Positions 1-11,239 of a DNA stretch of 64,000 nucleotides are shown piece after piece. Source of the DNA: an uncultured Bacilli bacterium (GTDB taxonomy: Bacteria; Bacillota_I; Bacilli_A; RF39; UBA660); contig CANRCZ010000003.1 in NCBI GenBank assembly GCA_947629265.1, positions 8,359-72,358 of the forward strand, given 5' to 3'. Made by a program: the position numbers and the translations under genes. Numbering within the stretch: position 1 is the stretch's first letter; every line of letters begins with the position of its first letter. Below the pieces are notes generated by a model. It saw only the letters and a program-made list of their open reading frames with translations. It searched no databases and was not told where the DNA came from.

Positions 1-323
1 TCTAATTGATTTTTTAAAATTCCCATTTCTTTTAATAATTCTGGAGTAATAACTGCATCATTTTCAAATTTATTTAAGTCACTTAAATTGATTACGGCAT
101 ATTCTGTTTTAAATCTAGCATTAGTAAATCCTCTTTTACCAATTCTTCTGAATAATGGAGTTTGACCACCTTCAAAACCTAATCTAACTCCACCACCACT
201 TCTGGCGTTTTGTCCTTTATGTCCATGTCCAGATGTTTTTCCTGTTCCACTACCAGGACCTCTACCAACTCTTTTAGCTACAGTAGTAGCGCCAGCGTTT
301 GGTTTCATAGTATGAAGTTTCAT
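1..323 (-). CDS. rplO: 50S ribosomal protein L15, N-terminal part; gene continues beyond the window start. It directly follows rpsE with no rpmD (L30) between them.
   Basis: Reverse translation from 323 gives [44 protein letters not shown]..., a typical L15 N-terminus. Position is downstream of rpsE in the spc operon. Confidence 0.85.
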   Translation of the reverse strand, partial: MKLHTMKPNAGATTVAKRVGRGPGSGTGKTSGHGHKGQNARSGGGVRLGFEGGQTPLFRRIGKRGFTNARFKTEYAVINLSDLNKFENDAVITPELLKEMGILKNQL

Positions 324-904
324 TAAATCTCCTCTACTTTCTTACCGCGAAGTCTTGCAACCTCTTCTTTTGTTTTTTGAACTTTTAATGCATTTAAAGT
401 TGCATATGCCATATTAATTTTAGTATTTGAACCAAGTGATTTAGATAAAATATCTTTTACACCAGCTAATTCAAGTACATAACGTACTGGACCTCCAGCT
501 TTAATTCCTGTACCTTTTAAAGCAGGTTTAATGATTACTTTACTTGCACTTTGTACACCAATAGCTTCATGTGGTACAGTACCATTTACGATTGATACAT
601 TAATAATGTTTTTAGTAGCAGCTTCTGCAGCTTTTTTAATTGCATCTGGTACTTCGTTAGCTTTACCAGTTCCAATTCCAACTTTTCCTTTTCTATTACC
701 TACAACAACAGTAGCTGAGAAACGGAAATGTCTACCACCTTTAGTAACCTTAGTTACTCTTTTGATGTCGATAACTTCTTCATCATATAATTTGATTTTC
801 TTTGGACGTGGTTCTCTTTTTTTAGCATCTCTAGGTCTTTTATTGATTGGTTTTGTATTTTCCCTAGAATTTGCGTTTTCCACTACTTTATTAGTTTCTT
901 CCAC
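323..904 (-). CDS. rpsE: 30S ribosomal protein S5 with a ~40-aa basic N-terminal extension
   Basis: 193-aa ORF containing the S5 motif [22 protein letters not shown]; operon position. Confidence 0.9.
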   Translation of the reverse strand: MEETNKVVENANSRENTKPINKRPRDAKKREPRPKKIKLYDEEVIDIKRVTKVTKGGRHFRFSATVVVGNRKGKVGIGTGKANEVPDAIKKAAEAATKNIINVSIVNGTVPHEAIGVQSASKVIIKPALKGTGIKAGGPVRYVLELAGVKDILSKSLGSNTKINMAYATLNALKVQKTKEEVARLRGKKVEEI

Positions 905-916
905 TTAAATCCTCCT

Positions 917-1279
917 TTAGAATATTAGACCGTTTTCACGTGCAGCCTCTGCTAAAGCTTTTACACGACCGTGATATAGATATCCACCTCTATCGAAAAC
1001 GACTTTTTCTATTTTTGCTTTCTTAGCTCTTTTAGCTATAAGTTCCCCTACTTTAGTAGCAGCTTCAATGTTACCACCATTTTCAAGTTTTAACTCTTTA
1101 TCGATTGTAGAAGCACTTACTAATGTAACACCTTTTTCATCATCAATGATTTGAGCAAAGATATTACTATTTGATCTAAACACATTAAGTCTTGGAACAC
1201 TAGCTGTGCCTTCAACTTTAGCTCTAACACGAGCATGTCTAGCTTGACGAACTTCATTACGAGCTACTTTTTTTATCAT
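917..1279 (-). CDS. rplR: 50S ribosomal protein L18
   Basis: 120-aa ORF with an L18-like C-terminus ([17 protein letters not shown]); spc operon order. Confidence 0.9.
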   Translation of the reverse strand: MIKKVARNEVRQARHARVRAKVEGTASVPRLNVFRSNSNIFAQIIDDEKGVTLVSASTIDKELKLENGGNIEAATKVGELIAKRAKKAKIEKVVFDRGGYLYHGRVKALAEAARENGLIF

Positions 1280-1304
1280 AAGTATATCTCTCCTTTACTA
1301 AAAG

Positions 1305-1835
1305 CTATGCTGCTTTCTTTCCTTCTTTACGACGAATATATTCGTCTTTATAACGGATACCTTTTCCTTTATAAGGTTCAGGTTGTCTTATCTTTCTAAT
1401 TTGTGCAGCAAATTCTCCAACAAGACATTTATCTATACCCTTAATTACCATTTCAGTATTACTTGGTACCTCAACAGTTAAACCCTCAGGTACATCGACA
1501 TACACAGGATGTGAATATCCAGCATTTACAGTAATTTTATTACCTTGTACAGCGAAACGATATCCAACACCTACGATTTCTAATCTTTTTTCATAACCAT
1601 CTGTAACACCTATAATCATATTTTTGATATTTGCATTAGCAGTACCATGAAATTTTTTATAAGCATCACTAGAACGTTTTACAGTTACTTCATTGTCGGT
1701 AACATCTATTGTTATATTTTCGTTAATTTCAGTAGAAAGTTCTCCTTTAGGACCTTTTACTGTAACGATATTGCCATTATTTGTAACTGTAACACCATTA
1801 GGTATTGTTAGTATTCTATTACCAATACGACTCAT
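1305..1835 (-). CDS. rplF: 50S ribosomal protein L6
   Basis: 176-aa ORF, L6-like; operon order. Confidence 0.9.
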   Translation of the reverse strand: MSRIGNRILTIPNGVTVTNNGNIVTVKGPKGELSTEINENITIDVTDNEVTVKRSSDAYKKFHGTANANIKNMIIGVTDGYEKRLEIVGVGYRFAVQGNKITVNAGYSHPVYVDVPEGLTVEVPSNTEMVIKGIDKCLVGEFAAQIRKIRQPEPYKGKGIRYKDEYIRRKEGKKAA

Positions 1836-1851
1836 AAATAATCCTCTCTTT

Positions 1852-2241
1852 CTACCAAATGTATGCTAATACCTCGCCACCTAAAGATTCTTTTTTAGCT
1901 TCTTTTCCAGTCATAACACCTTTAGATGTTGACACGATAGCGATACCTAAACCATTTAAAACAGTTGGTATTTCTTCAGATTTAGCATATACACGTAATC
2001 CTGGTTTTGAAATTCTTTTCAATCCAGTAATAATACGTTCTTTATTGTTATATTTTAATGTTAGTACAATAATATTTTGAATATTATTTTTCTTAATTTT
2101 ATAATCAGATATAAATCCTTCTTCTTTTAAGATACGTGCTATATCTTCTTTGATCTTAGATGCAGGTACCTCAACTTCTTTATATCTCATTTGGTTTGCG
2201 TTACGAATTCTCGTAAGCATATCTGCAATTGGATCTGTCAA
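1852..2241 (-). CDS. rpsH: 30S ribosomal protein S8
   Basis: 129-aa ORF, S8-like; operon order. Confidence 0.9.
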   Translation of the reverse strand: MTDPIADMLTRIRNANQMRYKEVEVPASKIKEDIARILKEEGFISDYKIKKNNIQNIIVLTLKYNNKERIITGLKRISKPGLRVYAKSEEIPTVLNGLGIAIVSTSKGVMTGKEAKKESLGGEVLAYIW

Positions 2242-2253
2242 ATTAATTCCTCC

Positions 2254-2439
2254 TTACCAACTAGATTTTTTCATTCCTGGAATTTGTCCTTTGTATGCTA
2301 ATTCTCTAAAGCATATACGACAAATACCATATTTTTTAAGTACAGCATGTGGTCTACCACAACGAGTACATCTAGTATATTCGCGTACTTTAAATTTTGG
2401 TTTTCTTGATTGTTTTATTTTCATGCTTAATTTAGCCAT
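2254..2439 (-). CDS. rpsN: 30S ribosomal protein S14, type Z (zinc-binding, 61 aa)
   Basis: 61-aa ORF with a CxxC...CxxC zinc ribbon ([20 protein letters not shown]); operon order. Confidence 0.9.
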   Translation of the reverse strand: MAKLSMKIKQSRKPKFKVREYTRCTRCGRPHAVLKKYGICRICFRELAYKGQIPGMKKSSW

Positions 2440-2454
2440 AATTTCCTCCTAATC

Positions 2455-2994
2455 CTACTTTTTGAAAGGCAAACCGATGCCTTTTAAAAGAGCTAGAGCT
2501 TCTTCATTAGTTTTTGCAGTAGTAACAAATACGATGTCCATACCACGAACCTTAACAACATTGTCAAATTCAATTTCGGTAAAGATTAATTGTTCATTAA
2601 GTCCTAACGTATAATTACCTCTACCGTCGAATGATTTTGGTGATATACCTCTAAAGTCCCTTACACGTGGTAGTGTAATACTTATTAATTTATCTAAGAA
2701 ATTATACATATTTTCACCACGTAGTGTTACTTTACATCCAATTCCTTGTCCTTCTCTAATTTTAAATCCTGCTATAGCTTTTTTAGCTTTAGTTATAACT
2801 GGTTTTTGACCTGTTATTATCTCTAAGTCTTGCATTGCAGCTTCTAACATTTTAGAATTACCTGCTGCATCACCAACACCCATATTAATGACAATTTTAT
2901 CTAATTTAGGTATTTCCATAACATTTTTATAAGCAAACTGTTCTTTTAAACTAGGTACGATTTCTTTATTATATTTTTCTTTTAGGCGGTTCAT
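2455..2994 (-). CDS. rplE: 50S ribosomal protein L5
   Basis: 179-aa ORF, L5-like; operon order. Confidence 0.9.
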   Translation of the reverse strand: MNRLKEKYNKEIVPSLKEQFAYKNVMEIPKLDKIVINMGVGDAAGNSKMLEAAMQDLEIITGQKPVITKAKKAIAGFKIREGQGIGCKVTLRGENMYNFLDKLISITLPRVRDFRGISPKSFDGRGNYTLGLNEQLIFTEIEFDNVVKVRGMDIVFVTTAKTNEEALALLKGIGLPFKK

Positions 2995-3011
2995 AAATTT
3001 CCTCCTCTCAG

Positions 3012-3320
3012 CTAATCAAGACTTTCGCCTGATTTTTTTGCAATTCTAATTTTTTTACCTTTTTTATCAATTTGATGTCCTACTCTGGTTCTCTTCTTAG
3101 TCTTTGGATCGATCATCATTACATTTGAAGCGTGAATAGCTGCTTCTCTTTCTTCGATACTACCAGCTGATTGTCCATTACCTTTAACATGTTTTTTAAC
3201 GATGTTAACTCCCTCAACAACAACGCGGTTATCTTTCTTTAATACCTCGATAATCTTTCCTTCTTTACCTTTATCTTTACCAGCTATGACAACAACTTTA
3301 TCTCCTGTTTTAAAGTTCAT
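3012..3320 (-). CDS. rplX: 50S ribosomal protein L24
   Basis: 102-aa ORF with a KOW-like N-terminus ([21 protein letters not shown]). Confidence 0.9.
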   Translation of the reverse strand: MNFKTGDKVVVIAGKDKGKEGKIIEVLKKDNRVVVEGVNIVKKHVKGNGQSAGSIEEREAAIHASNVMMIDPKTKKRTRVGHQIDKKGKKIRIAKKSGESLD

Positions 3321-3337
3321 GTTCTTCCTCCTTCAGG

Positions 3338-3706
3338 CTATAACACTTCTTTTGCAAGTGATACAATCTTCATATAATCTTTATCACGAATTTCACGTGC
3401 TACTGGTCCGAAAACACGAGTGCCAACAGGTGACTTATCATCTTTGATAATTACACATGCGTTATCATCAAACTTGATATATGACCCATCTTTTCTTCTA
3501 AGACCAGATTTTGTTCTAACAATAACAGCCTTAACAACTTTACCTTTTTTGACTGTTCCGTTAGGTATTGCTTTTTTAACAGTAACAACAACTGTATCTC
3601 CAATATTACCTGTTTTAACTTTGCTGCCACCTAGAACACGGATGACTGATACTTCACGAGCTCCAGAATTGTCAGCGACTTTTAAACGGCTTTCTTGTTG
3701 AATCAT
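3338..3706 (-). CDS. rplN: 50S ribosomal protein L14
   Basis: 122-aa ORF starting [17 protein letters not shown], characteristic of L14. Confidence 0.92.
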   Translation of the reverse strand: MIQQESRLKVADNSGAREVSVIRVLGGSKVKTGNIGDTVVVTVKKAIPNGTVKKGKVVKAVIVRTKSGLRRKDGSYIKFDDNACVIIKDDKSPVGTRVFGPVAREIRDKDYMKIVSLAKEVL

Positions 3707-3725
3707 ATTCGGTCCTCCTTTACAA

Positions 3726-3986
3726 TTATAATATAATTGCTTTCTCTACTATTTCCACTAAACGATAGTGTTTTGTTCTAGATAGTGGTCTTGTTTCAGT
3801 AATACGTACTGTATCACCGATTTTAGCTTCATTTTTTTCATCATGAACAGCATATTTTTTTGAACTTTTTACACGTTTTCCATATAATGGGTCTTTTTTA
3901 TAAGTCTCTACTAATACAGTAATAGTTTTATCAGTTTTATCGCTGACTACTTTACCAACTAGTCCTTTTTTTACATTCTTTTCCAT
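3726..3986 (-). CDS. rpsQ: 30S ribosomal protein S17
   Basis: 86-aa ORF, S17-like; operon order. Confidence 0.9.
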   Translation of the reverse strand: MEKNVKKGLVGKVVSDKTDKTITVLVETYKKDPLYGKRVKSSKKYAVHDEKNEAKIGDTVRITETRPLSRTKHYRLVEIVEKAIIL

Positions 3987-4198
3987 TATTTTACCTCCCC
4001 ATCTAATTCACGTTCTTTTAAAACTGTTTTCATACGTGCAACTAATTTTCTAAGTTCTCTTATTCTTGAAGGTTTTTCTAAGCTTCCTGTAGCTTGACTA
4101 AAACGAAGATTGAATAATTCATGCTCAGTTTCTTCGATTTTCGCATTTATTGCTTCATTAGATAATTCTCTAATTTCTGTCATCTTCATTTTTATCAC
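3986..4198 (-). CDS. rpmC: 50S ribosomal protein L29. The true start is probably an internal Met, because the ORF overlaps the rplP stop.
   Basis: 70-aa ORF, L29-like ([29 protein letters not shown]). Confidence 0.85.
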   Translation of the reverse strand: MIKMKMTEIRELSNEAINAKIEETEHELFNLRFSQATGSLEKPSRIRELRKLVARMKTVLKERELDGEVK

Positions 4199-4610
4199 CG
4201 CTTTCTTTCTTTACAAATTTACATTTGATTGGAAGCTTGTGCATTGCAAGTCTTAAAGCTTCACGAGCTACAGCTTCTTCAACACCTGCAACCTCAAACA
4301 TTATTTTACCTTCTTTTACAACAGCTACCCATTGTTCTGGTTGACCTTTACCTTTACCCATACGAGTTTCTAATGGTATTTTAGTTAATGATAAGTGTGG
4401 GAAAATATTAATCCAAATTTTACCACCACGTTTCATATAACGGTTCATAGCTACACGAGCAGCTTCGATTTGTTGTTGTGTAATCCATGCACCCTCCATA
4501 GCCATTAAGCCATAGTCACCAAAATGAAGAGTAGTATTACCTTTAGCTTTACCTTCATATGGTAGACGATGTGGTCTACGATATTTAGTTCTTTTTGGTA
4601 TTACTGCCAT
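4170..4610 (-). CDS. rplP: 50S ribosomal protein L16
   Basis: 146-aa ORF, L16-like ([19 protein letters not shown]). Confidence 0.9.
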   Translation of the reverse strand: MAVIPKRTKYRRPHRLPYEGKAKGNTTLHFGDYGLMAMEGAWITQQQIEAARVAMNRYMKRGGKIWINIFPHLSLTKIPLETRMGKGKGQPEQWVAVVKEGKIMFEVAGVEEAVAREALRLAMHKLPIKCKFVKKESGDKNEDDRN

Positions 4611-5262
4611 TTACATTACCTCCTTTTTGTTTTGAGGTAAGGATTTCACCTTTATATATCCATACTTTAACACCGATTTTACCATAAGTTGTATTAGCTT
4701 CTTTATGGGCATAATCGATATCAGCTCTTAATGTATGTAAAGGGATAGTTCCTTCTGTATAACCTTCTGTACGAGCCATATCTGCTCCGCCTAAACGACC
4801 TGATACGGAAGTTTTAATTCCTAATGCTCCAGCTTTCATTGTATTTCTAATAGCTTTTTTCTGAGCTATTCTAAATGATACTCTGTTTTCAATTTGATGA
4901 GCTATATTTTCTGCTACTAGATTAGCATCGATATCAGGTTTTTTAATTTCTTTTATTGATATTTGAACATCTTCATCAGACACTTTAGATAAATCTGCTT
5001 TTAATTTATCAATCTCTTCACCACCATGTCCAATAATGACACCTGGTTTAGCTGTATTGATTATAACGTTAGTTTTACCGTTAGCTCTTTCAATTAAAAT
5101 ACTTGAAACAGCTGCGTTTTTTAACTTTTTATCTAAAAACTCTCTGATTTTGATATCTCTATTTAAGTATGTAGCAAAATCTTTATTTTCTGCATACCAA
5201 TCTGATTGCCAAGTTTTATTAATTCCTAATCTCATTCCATTAGGATTTACTTTTTGACCCAC
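4585..5262 (-). CDS. rpsC: 30S ribosomal protein S3
   Basis: 225-aa ORF with an S3 N-terminus ([24 protein letters not shown]) and a KH domain. Confidence 0.92.
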   Translation of the reverse strand: MGQKVNPNGMRLGINKTWQSDWYAENKDFATYLNRDIKIREFLDKKLKNAAVSSILIERANGKTNVIINTAKPGVIIGHGGEEIDKLKADLSKVSDEDVQISIKEIKKPDIDANLVAENIAHQIENRVSFRIAQKKAIRNTMKAGALGIKTSVSGRLGGADMARTEGYTEGTIPLHTLRADIDYAHKEANTTYGKIGVKVWIYKGEILTSKQKGGNVNGSNTKKN

Positions 5263-5277
5263 GAGTTTTCCTCCTTA

Positions 5278-5613
5278 CTATTTTTCATCACTAACAACGA
5301 TTGTTATATGACTTGATCTTTTCTTGATTGGATCGATGTGTCCTCTTGATCCAAATTTGAATCTTTTTAATGTTCTTCCTTCGTTAACATATGCTGTTTT
5401 AACATATAAATTAGCTTTGTTTAAGCCTAAATTATTTTCAGCATTAGCTACTGCAGAAGTTAATACTTTTTTAGTAATTCTTGCTGCTTCTTTATTTAGA
5501 TTACTTAATATTTTGTCAGCTTCAGTGACATCTTTTCCTCTAATTAAATCTACTACTAAACGGGTTTTACGAGGAGAGATGCGAACACCTTTAGCGATTG
5601 CTCTTGCTTCCAT
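5278..5613 (-). CDS. rplV: 50S ribosomal protein L22
   Basis: 111-aa ORF, L22-like. Confidence 0.9.
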   Translation of the reverse strand: MEARAIAKGVRISPRKTRLVVDLIRGKDVTEADKILSNLNKEAARITKKVLTSAVANAENNLGLNKANLYVKTAYVNEGRTLKRFKFGSRGHIDPIKKRSSHITIVVSDEK

Positions 5614-5634
5614 TTATATTCTCCTTCCTAATCC

Positions 5635-5907
5635 CTATTTTTTAACTTTGTCATCGCCATGTCCACCAAATTTGCGTGTCAATGCGAATTCTCCTAATTT
5701 ATGTCCAACCATATCTTCTGTTACATAAACAGGAATAAAATCTTTACCATTATGAACAGCAAATGTGTGTCCTACAAATTCAGGAAAAATTGTTGAACGG
5801 CGAGACCATGTTTTTATAACTTCTTTTTTGTTATCTTCATTTAATTTTTGAACCTTATCAAATAAATGTTTATCAACAAAAGGTCCTTTTTTAATACTTC
5901 TTGCCAT
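5635..5907 (-). CDS. rpsS: 30S ribosomal protein S19
   Basis: 90-aa ORF, S19-like ([15 protein letters not shown]). Confidence 0.92.
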   Translation of the reverse strand: MARSIKKGPFVDKHLFDKVQKLNEDNKKEVIKTWSRRSTIFPEFVGHTFAVHNGKDFIPVYVTEDMVGHKLGEFALTRKFGGHGDDKVKK

Positions 5908-5922
5908 CTAAATCATCCTTTC

Positions 5923-6753
5923 CTATTTTTTACGACGACGTACAATTAACTTATCAGATGCATTTTTATTTTTACGAGTTTTATATCCAAGAGCTGGTTT
6001 ACCCCAAGGAGTAACTGGCCCTTTACGTCCGATAGGTGCACGACCTTCACCACCACCATGTGGATGGTCATTAGGGTTCATAACAGAACCACGAACAGTT
6101 GGACGAATTCCCATGTGTCTTTTACGTCCTGCTTTTCCTAAATTAACTAATTCATGATCAGCATTTCCTACCTCACCAATAGTAGCACGGCAAGTACTTA
6201 ATACTTTTCTAACCTCACCACTAGTTAAACGAAGTAATGTATATTTTCCCTCACGTCCTAATATTTGAACGCTTGAACCAGCTGAACGAGCCATTTGGCC
6301 ACCTTTGCCAGCCATTAGTTCAACATTGTGAACCATTGTTCCTTCAGGAATGTTTGCAAGTGGTAAGCAGTTACCAACTTTGATATCAGCATTTTCGCCA
6401 CTTTCTATTTTATCTCCAACTTTTAAATTTTTAGGAGCTATAATATATCTTTTTTCGCCATCAGCGTAAGTAATTAAAGCAATGTTTGAACTTCTATTTG
6501 GATCGTATTCGATTGATGAAACTGTTCCGATAACACCGTCTTTATTTCTTTTGAAATCGATGATACGATATTTTCTTTTAGCTCCACCACCTTGGTGTCT
6601 TACTGTAATACGACCTTGATTGTTACGACCTCCGTTTTTCTTTAGTGTAACAGTCAATGATTTTTCTGGTGTTGACTTGGTAATTTCTTCATTGACTAAT
6701 GTTGTCATACCACGTCTACCAGGTGTTGTTGACTTATAACTTTTTATAGCCAT
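5923..6753 (-). CDS. rplB: 50S ribosomal protein L2
   Basis: 276-aa ORF, L2-like ([16 protein letters not shown]... [12 protein letters not shown]). Confidence 0.95.
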   Translation of the reverse strand: MAIKSYKSTTPGRRGMTTLVNEEITKSTPEKSLTVTLKKNGGRNNQGRITVRHQGGGAKRKYRIIDFKRNKDGVIGTVSSIEYDPNRSSNIALITYADGEKRYIIAPKNLKVGDKIESGENADIKVGNCLPLANIPEGTMVHNVELMAGKGGQMARSAGSSVQILGREGKYTLLRLTSGEVRKVLSTCRATIGEVGNADHELVNLGKAGRKRHMGIRPTVRGSVMNPNDHPHGGGEGRAPIGRKGPVTPWGKPALGYKTRKNKNASDKLIVRRRKK

Positions 6754-6764
6754 GTTATCTCCTC

Positions 6765-7046
6765 CTAGTTAAGTTCAATAGAACTTCCTTCTTTTAATTT
6801 AACAATTGCTTTCTTTACTTTATTTGTTTTACCAGTATAACGTCCAACACGTTTTTTCTTAGGTTTAACGTTAACTGTATTTACTTTTTCAACTTGAACG
6901 TCGAATAATTTTTCAACAGCTTGTTTAATTTGTGTTTTATTAGCATTGACGTCAACGCTAAATACAACAACATTGTTTTCTGCTAAAGAAGCTGTCTTTT
7001 CAGTTATGATTGGTGACTTAATTACTTTTCTATAAGCACTATTCAT
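6765..7046 (-). CDS. rplW: 50S ribosomal protein L23
   Basis: 93-aa ORF, L23-like; operon order. Confidence 0.9.
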   Translation of the reverse strand: MNSAYRKVIKSPIITEKTASLAENNVVVFSVDVNANKTQIKQAVEKLFDVQVEKVNTVNVKPKKKRVGRYTGKTNKVKKAIVKLKEGSSIELN

Positions 7047-7669
7047 TAAGCAAGCACCTCCTCGATAGCTTTAATAGCTTTCTCAGTAATGATCATGTTA
7101 TCTGAAGCAACAACATCATAAGTATTGATTTCATCGCTTTGTAATAAGATGACATTACTTAAATTACGTGTAGCTAAAATCATATTTTCATTTAATTCTT
7201 CTACAACGATAATAACTTTTTTATCAACTTTTAAGTTTTCTAGTACTTTCTTCACATCTTTAGTTTTGTTAGTTTCGATATTGAAATTGTCGATAACGAT
7301 TAGTTCTTTATCGATTACTTTGTAAGCTAAAGCTGATTTAAGTGCTAATCTTCTTTCTTTACGATTCATCTTTTTATCGTAACTTCTTGGATGTGGTCCA
7401 AATACGACTCCACCTTTTATCCATTGTGGTGCACGTGTACTACCTTGACGAGCACGTCCTGTACCTTTTTGACGCCATGGTTTTCTTCCACCACCGCTTA
7501 CCTCACTACGTGTTTTAGTATCATGAGTACCTTGTCTTAAAGAATTTCTAGTTAAAGTTAAAGCATCATATAAAACTGCATCATTTGGAACTATTCCCCA
7601 AATTTCTTCATTTAAAGTAATGTCCCCTACTTTTTTACCTTCAATATTTAAAACATCTTGTTTTTTCAT
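7046..7669 (-). CDS. rplD: 50S ribosomal protein L4
   Basis: 207-aa ORF, L4-like. Confidence 0.9.
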   Translation of the reverse strand: MKKQDVLNIEGKKVGDITLNEEIWGIVPNDAVLYDALTLTRNSLRQGTHDTKTRSEVSGGGRKPWRQKGTGRARQGSTRAPQWIKGGVVFGPHPRSYDKKMNRKERRLALKSALAYKVIDKELIVIDNFNIETNKTKDVKKVLENLKVDKKVIIVVEELNENMILATRNLSNVILLQSDEINTYDVVASDNMIITEKAIKAIEEVLA

Positions 7670-7678
7670 ATTAACCTC

Positions 7679-8461
7679 CTAGTTATTTTCACTTTCTTGA
7701 GTTTCTTCAGTTGTTTCTGGAGTTTCTTCTATATCACTTGGTTCTTCTGTAACAGTTTCTTGAACAGGTGTTACCTCTTCTACAGTCTCAACCTCAGTAA
7801 TGTATGAATTTAATTCTTCAGTTTCATTTACTTTATCAGGATTTTTTACAGCAGTTTTAATAATTACTAATCCTTTTTTAGGTCCTGGAATATTACCTTT
7901 AACTAAAATAACATTGTTTTCTAAATCAACTTTAACAATTTCAAGATTTTGAATTGTAACAGTATCTGTACCCATATGACCTGGTAAAGCTTTGCCTTTA
8001 AATACACGCATTGGTCTCATTGTACCCATTGAACCTGGTCCTCTATGATAATGTGAACCATGTCCCATAGGTCCTCTTGATTGGTTGTGTCTTTTAATAA
8101 CACCTTGGAACCCTTTACCTTTAGAGGTTCCTGTTACATCAATAACTTCTCCCTCAGTGAAGATATCAGCTTTGATTTCATCTCCAACTTTGTAATTATT
8201 GATATCTACACCTCTTATTTCTCTAAAGAAGCGCTTAGGTGTAGTATTAGCTTTGTTAGTAATACCAACAGAAGCTTTTGTAGCTAACTTTTCTCTCTTT
8301 GTATCAAATCCTAATTGAATTGCCTCATAGCCATCGTTTTCGATAGTTTTAACTTGTGTTACCACATTTGGTTCTACCTCGACGATAGTTACAGGAATTA
8401 ATTTGCCGGATTTTGTAAATACTTGAGTCATATCGCCTTTACGGCCTAAGATTCCTTTCAT
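7679..8461 (-). CDS. rplC: 50S ribosomal protein L3 with a ~50-aa acidic E/T-rich C-terminal extension
   Basis: 260-aa ORF with an L3 core; the tail ...[36 protein letters not shown] is non-canonical. Confidence 0.9.
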   Translation of the reverse strand: MKGILGRKGDMTQVFTKSGKLIPVTIVEVEPNVVTQVKTIENDGYEAIQLGFDTKREKLATKASVGITNKANTTPKRFFREIRGVDINNYKVGDEIKADIFTEGEVIDVTGTSKGKGFQGVIKRHNQSRGPMGHGSHYHRGPGSMGTMRPMRVFKGKALPGHMGTDTVTIQNLEIVKVDLENNVILVKGNIPGPKKGLVIIKTAVKNPDKVNETEELNSYITEVETVEEVTPVQETVTEEPSDIEETPETTEETQESENN

Positions 8462-8475
8462 ATTTCCTCCTTATA

Positions 8476-8784
8476 TTATAGCTTTATTTGAATATCAACA
8501 CCGCTTGGAATTTCTAGATGTTGTAACGCATCTATAGTTTCCTTACTTGGATTATTGATAACAATAAGTCTCTTGTGTGTTTTTTTTTCGAATTGTTCAC
8601 GTGAATCTTTATATTTGTGAACAGCTCTTAAAATAGTAATTTTTTCTATTTCGGTTGGTAGTGGTACTGGACCGCTTACTTCTCCGCCTGTTCTTTTAAC
8701 AGTTTCAACGATTTTAGCGCAAGCATTATCTAATTTTCTATGTTCAAATGCTTTTAATCTAATGTTTACTTTTGTTTTAGACAT
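8476..8784 (-). CDS. rpsJ: 30S ribosomal protein S10
   Basis: 102-aa ORF, S10-like; first gene of the S10 operon. Confidence 0.92.
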   Translation of the reverse strand: MSKTKVNIRLKAFEHRKLDNACAKIVETVKRTGGEVSGPVPLPTEIEKITILRAVHKYKDSREQFEKKTHKRLIVINNPSKETIDALQHLEIPSGVDIQIKL

Positions 8785-8925
8785 TATTGTATATCCTCCT
8801 TTCGCCTATATCTAGTATAGACTTGCTCCGTGTAAAAACCTGATTTACCAGTTTCAACTTTTATTTTTTTACAACTTAACCTGGCGTATCAGCAACCTCA
8901 CACATCTAAGCATGCCACACTCATC

Positions 8926-8954
8926 ATTATACATAATAAATATATGAAAATCAA
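8926..8954 (-). promoter_or_regulatory. Sigma-A-type promoter of the S10 operon: TTGATT, 17-nt spacer, TATAAT. About 140-nt leader to rpsJ.
   Basis: On the minus strand: ttgattttcatatatttattatgtataat. Plus-strand coordinates: -10 at 8926-8931, -35 at 8949-8954. Confidence 0.5.
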
Positions 8955-8987
8955 GCTTTTTTTAAACTTTTTTTATTTTTATTTCAA

Positions 8988-9012
8988 AAAAAATAAAAAC
9001 ACCTTAGTGTTT
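8988..9012 (-). terminator. AT-rich hairpin (AAACAC-N4-GTGTTT) followed by a T-run, immediately downstream of the LicD-family gene.
   Basis: The minus strand reads aaacactaaggtgtttttatttttttt. Confidence 0.35.
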
Positions 9013-9996
9013 CTATTTATTCAAATAATACATTAAAGTTATTCCTAATATACATAGGGATATTCCTAAGAAGATAAAACTTAGATCGTCCCATATTACA
9101 AGGGCAATAATACCAAAAACTAATGTATAAAAGAAACCGATTTTCGATTTTACTACCTTATTAGGTTTATCAGATTTTAAATTTATATCATATGTATGTT
9201 TACAATATCTTTTATTAACAGGTGGAAATTCCATATAAGAATTACCATATTTACCAACTAGATAATTATGAGGATTATTCACGATAGGTAACTCAGTATC
9301 TTCAAATTTAACATATTGAACTGGATATATATCACTATATTTATAAGTAAAAGGTTTATTAGGATTTTTAAATGTCCATGTTAAATCATCAGCGAAATAT
9401 TCTGAATTTTTACATAACTTACCATAAAATTTAGCATTAAAACGATATAGAGCTTTTAAAGGAATAGGATTTATATATAGTGTTTCAAAGAATATAATAA
9501 TCGGCATCAAGATCGTATTAAATAATCTAAATGGTAAATCAATATATTTTTTATTAGACATGTGATCATATATAAATATATCAATAAAAATACCATCACA
9601 ATCCTTTAGACGATTTGGTAATAAACGACTATTTATCTCTCTTATATAAGTTTTCTTCTTTCTAATTTTCATAGCTGGCCAAGTAACAGTATATTTTTTG
9701 CTTTTTTCATAACAATGGTAACAATACTTACGTTTTGGTAAATCTTTGTCTAAAGCTTTTATAAATTTTTTAAACTCATCTCTAGACATAGCTATATCCA
9801 TATCATCATCCCATGGAATAAAGCCTTTATGTCTAACAGCTCCTAGACAAGAACCTGATGATAAAAAATAAGTAATATTATGTTTTTTACATATTGCATC
9901 AATATCTTTCATCATCTCTAAAAGTTCTAACTGTAATTCACGAACTGTTACCTTGCTGCCATCAGCGAACTGTTTTACAATATACTCATTTTCCAT
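9013..9996 (-). CDS. LicD-family (phosphocholine/phosphotransferase-like, DxD nucleotidyltransferase fold) protein with a C-terminal transmembrane segment
   Basis: 327-aa ORF with a WDDDMDIAM motif and a hydrophobic C-terminal helix; by the size and motif it matches the LicD family. Confidence 0.65.
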   Translation of the reverse strand: MENEYIVKQFADGSKVTVRELQLELLEMMKDIDAICKKHNITYFLSSGSCLGAVRHKGFIPWDDDMDIAMSRDEFKKFIKALDKDLPKRKYCYHCYEKSKKYTVTWPAMKIRKKKTYIREINSRLLPNRLKDCDGIFIDIFIYDHMSNKKYIDLPFRLFNTILMPIIIFFETLYINPIPLKALYRFNAKFYGKLCKNSEYFADDLTWTFKNPNKPFTYKYSDIYPVQYVKFEDTELPIVNNPHNYLVGKYGNSYMEFPPVNKRYCKHTYDINLKSDKPNKVVKSKIGFFYTLVFGIIALVIWDDLSFIFLGISLCILGITLMYYLNK

Positions 9997-10135
9997 AATA
10001 AATCCTCACTTCTTTCAAATTATATCATAATAATTATTATATTTGCAATAAATTACTTTGTCTTAAAATTCATCTATTAAAATTATATAGTTGTTAATTT
10101 ATTTTAATAACACAATAAAAAATAAGCCGTATGAC

Positions 10136-10354
10136 TTATTTAACAAATGGAATTAATCCCATAAAACGAGCTTTTTTTATCTCATTCGCTATATGTCTTT
10201 GATGTTCTGCACAAGCACCTGTAATTCTTCTTTGTAGAATTCTACCTTTATCGTTACTTATATATTTTTTTATAACTTCTACATTTTTATAATCAACTGG
10301 CTTACCAGCACACATTTGACAAACTTTTTTCTTTTTTCTACGAAATTCTGCCAT
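10136..10354 (-). CDS. rpsR: 30S ribosomal protein S18
   Basis: 72-aa ORF; rpsF-ssb-rpsR arrangement. Confidence 0.9.
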   Translation of the reverse strand: MAEFRRKKKKVCQMCAGKPVDYKNVEVIKKYISNDKGRILQRRITGACAEHQRHIANEIKKARFMGLIPFVK

Positions 10355-10370
10355 GTTTATCCTCCTTTAT

Positions 10371-10823
10371 TTATTCTAGGAAGTTATCATCGATCGATAC
10401 ACTATCACCAAATTCAGCGAAAGGATCGTTATCATTAATGTCGACATTTGGTGTATTATCAGGTATATATGTTGGTTCTGGTTGGTAATCATATGGTGAT
10501 GAATTATTAGTGTTTCTAGAACCTAAAAATTCAATCCTCTCAGCAACGATATCCGTCGTATAGACCTTTGCGCCATCTTTTTCATAACTCCCCGTTTGAA
10601 TACGTCCCTCAACCGCTATTTGTGAACCTTTATCTTGAAATTTACATAAATTTTCAGCTTGTTTATTCCAAACGACAATGTTTGGAAAATCAGCTGTAAC
10701 ATTACCATTTTTATCAGGCATACGATTTATACCGATACTAAAACGGCAATATGGAACATTGGCACCTGTATATTTCAATTCAGGTTTAGCTGTTAAACGA
10801 CCTATTAACATTACTCTATTCAT
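10371..10823 (-). CDS. ssb: Single-stranded DNA-binding protein
   Basis: 150-aa ORF with an OB-fold N-terminus (MNRVMLIGRLTAKPELKYT) and an acidic C-terminal tail ending DDNFLE. Confidence 0.9.
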   Translation of the reverse strand: MNRVMLIGRLTAKPELKYTGANVPYCRFSIGINRMPDKNGNVTADFPNIVVWNKQAENLCKFQDKGSQIAVEGRIQTGSYEKDGAKVYTTDIVAERIEFLGSRNTNNSSPYDYQPEPTYIPDNTPNVDINDNDPFAEFGDSVSIDDNFLE

Positions 10824-10834
10824 AATATTACCTC

Positions 10835-11125
10835 TTAATTTTCAATTTTTGTTATTAAATGACGAATAATATCACCACTTATTAATGCTAAACGATCAAA
10901 TTCATTTATAGCTTTATCATCTTCGCTTTCAATAGTGAATAGGTAATAATGACCACTCTTGAACTTTTTGATTTCATAAGCTAAATCTTTTTGACCTAAA
11001 TCTTGTTTATCGATTAATTTAGATCCATTTGATGTTATAACATTTTCAAAATTAGCAACAGTTTTTTCCATGTCATCATCGCTTAATGTTGGTCTAACAA
11101 TAAACATAATTTCATATTTACGCAT
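10835..11125 (-). CDS. rpsF: 30S ribosomal protein S6
   Basis: 96-aa ORF starting MRKYEIMFIVRP, an S6 signature. Confidence 0.9.
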   Translation of the reverse strand: MRKYEIMFIVRPTLSDDDMEKTVANFENVITSNGSKLIDKQDLGQKDLAYEIKKFKSGHYYLFTIESEDDKAINEFDRLALISGDIIRHLITKIEN

Positions 11126-11193
11126 TTCTACACCTCCTTACGGTCTATTGGCTTTTATAATAAAAGCAAGGAGCAAATTAATACTCGCTTAAG

Positions 11194-11222
11194 ATTATAA
11201 CAAATTAATTTATTTTTGTAAA
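11194..11222 (-). promoter_or_regulatory. Promoter of the rpsF-ssb-rpsR operon: TTTACA, 17-nt spacer, TATAAT.
   Basis: The minus strand reads tttacaaaaataaattaatttgttataat. The leader includes a GCTTTTATAATAAAAGC palindrome at 11150-11166. Confidence 0.5.
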
Positions 11223-11239
11223 CACTTTATAATCAAATT

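Noticed and set aside
531-908. Numerous 60-130-aa ORFs antisense to the ribosomal protein, gyrase, dnaX and dnaA genes in the six-frame track
   Set aside because: They are entirely embedded in well-supported genes on the opposite strand and are low-complexity and hydrophobic, as expected for AT-rich antisense frames. They have no RBS or start context.
915-940. GTTTTCACGTGCAGCC inside rplR as a possible parS
   Set aside because: Only 11 of 16 positions match the consensus; it is not palindromic.
8585-8605. parS-like TTGTTCACGTGAATC inside rpsJ
   Set aside because: The half-sites are misaligned by one base relative to TGTTTCACGTGAAACA and several positions mismatch. It is probably a chance CACGTG.
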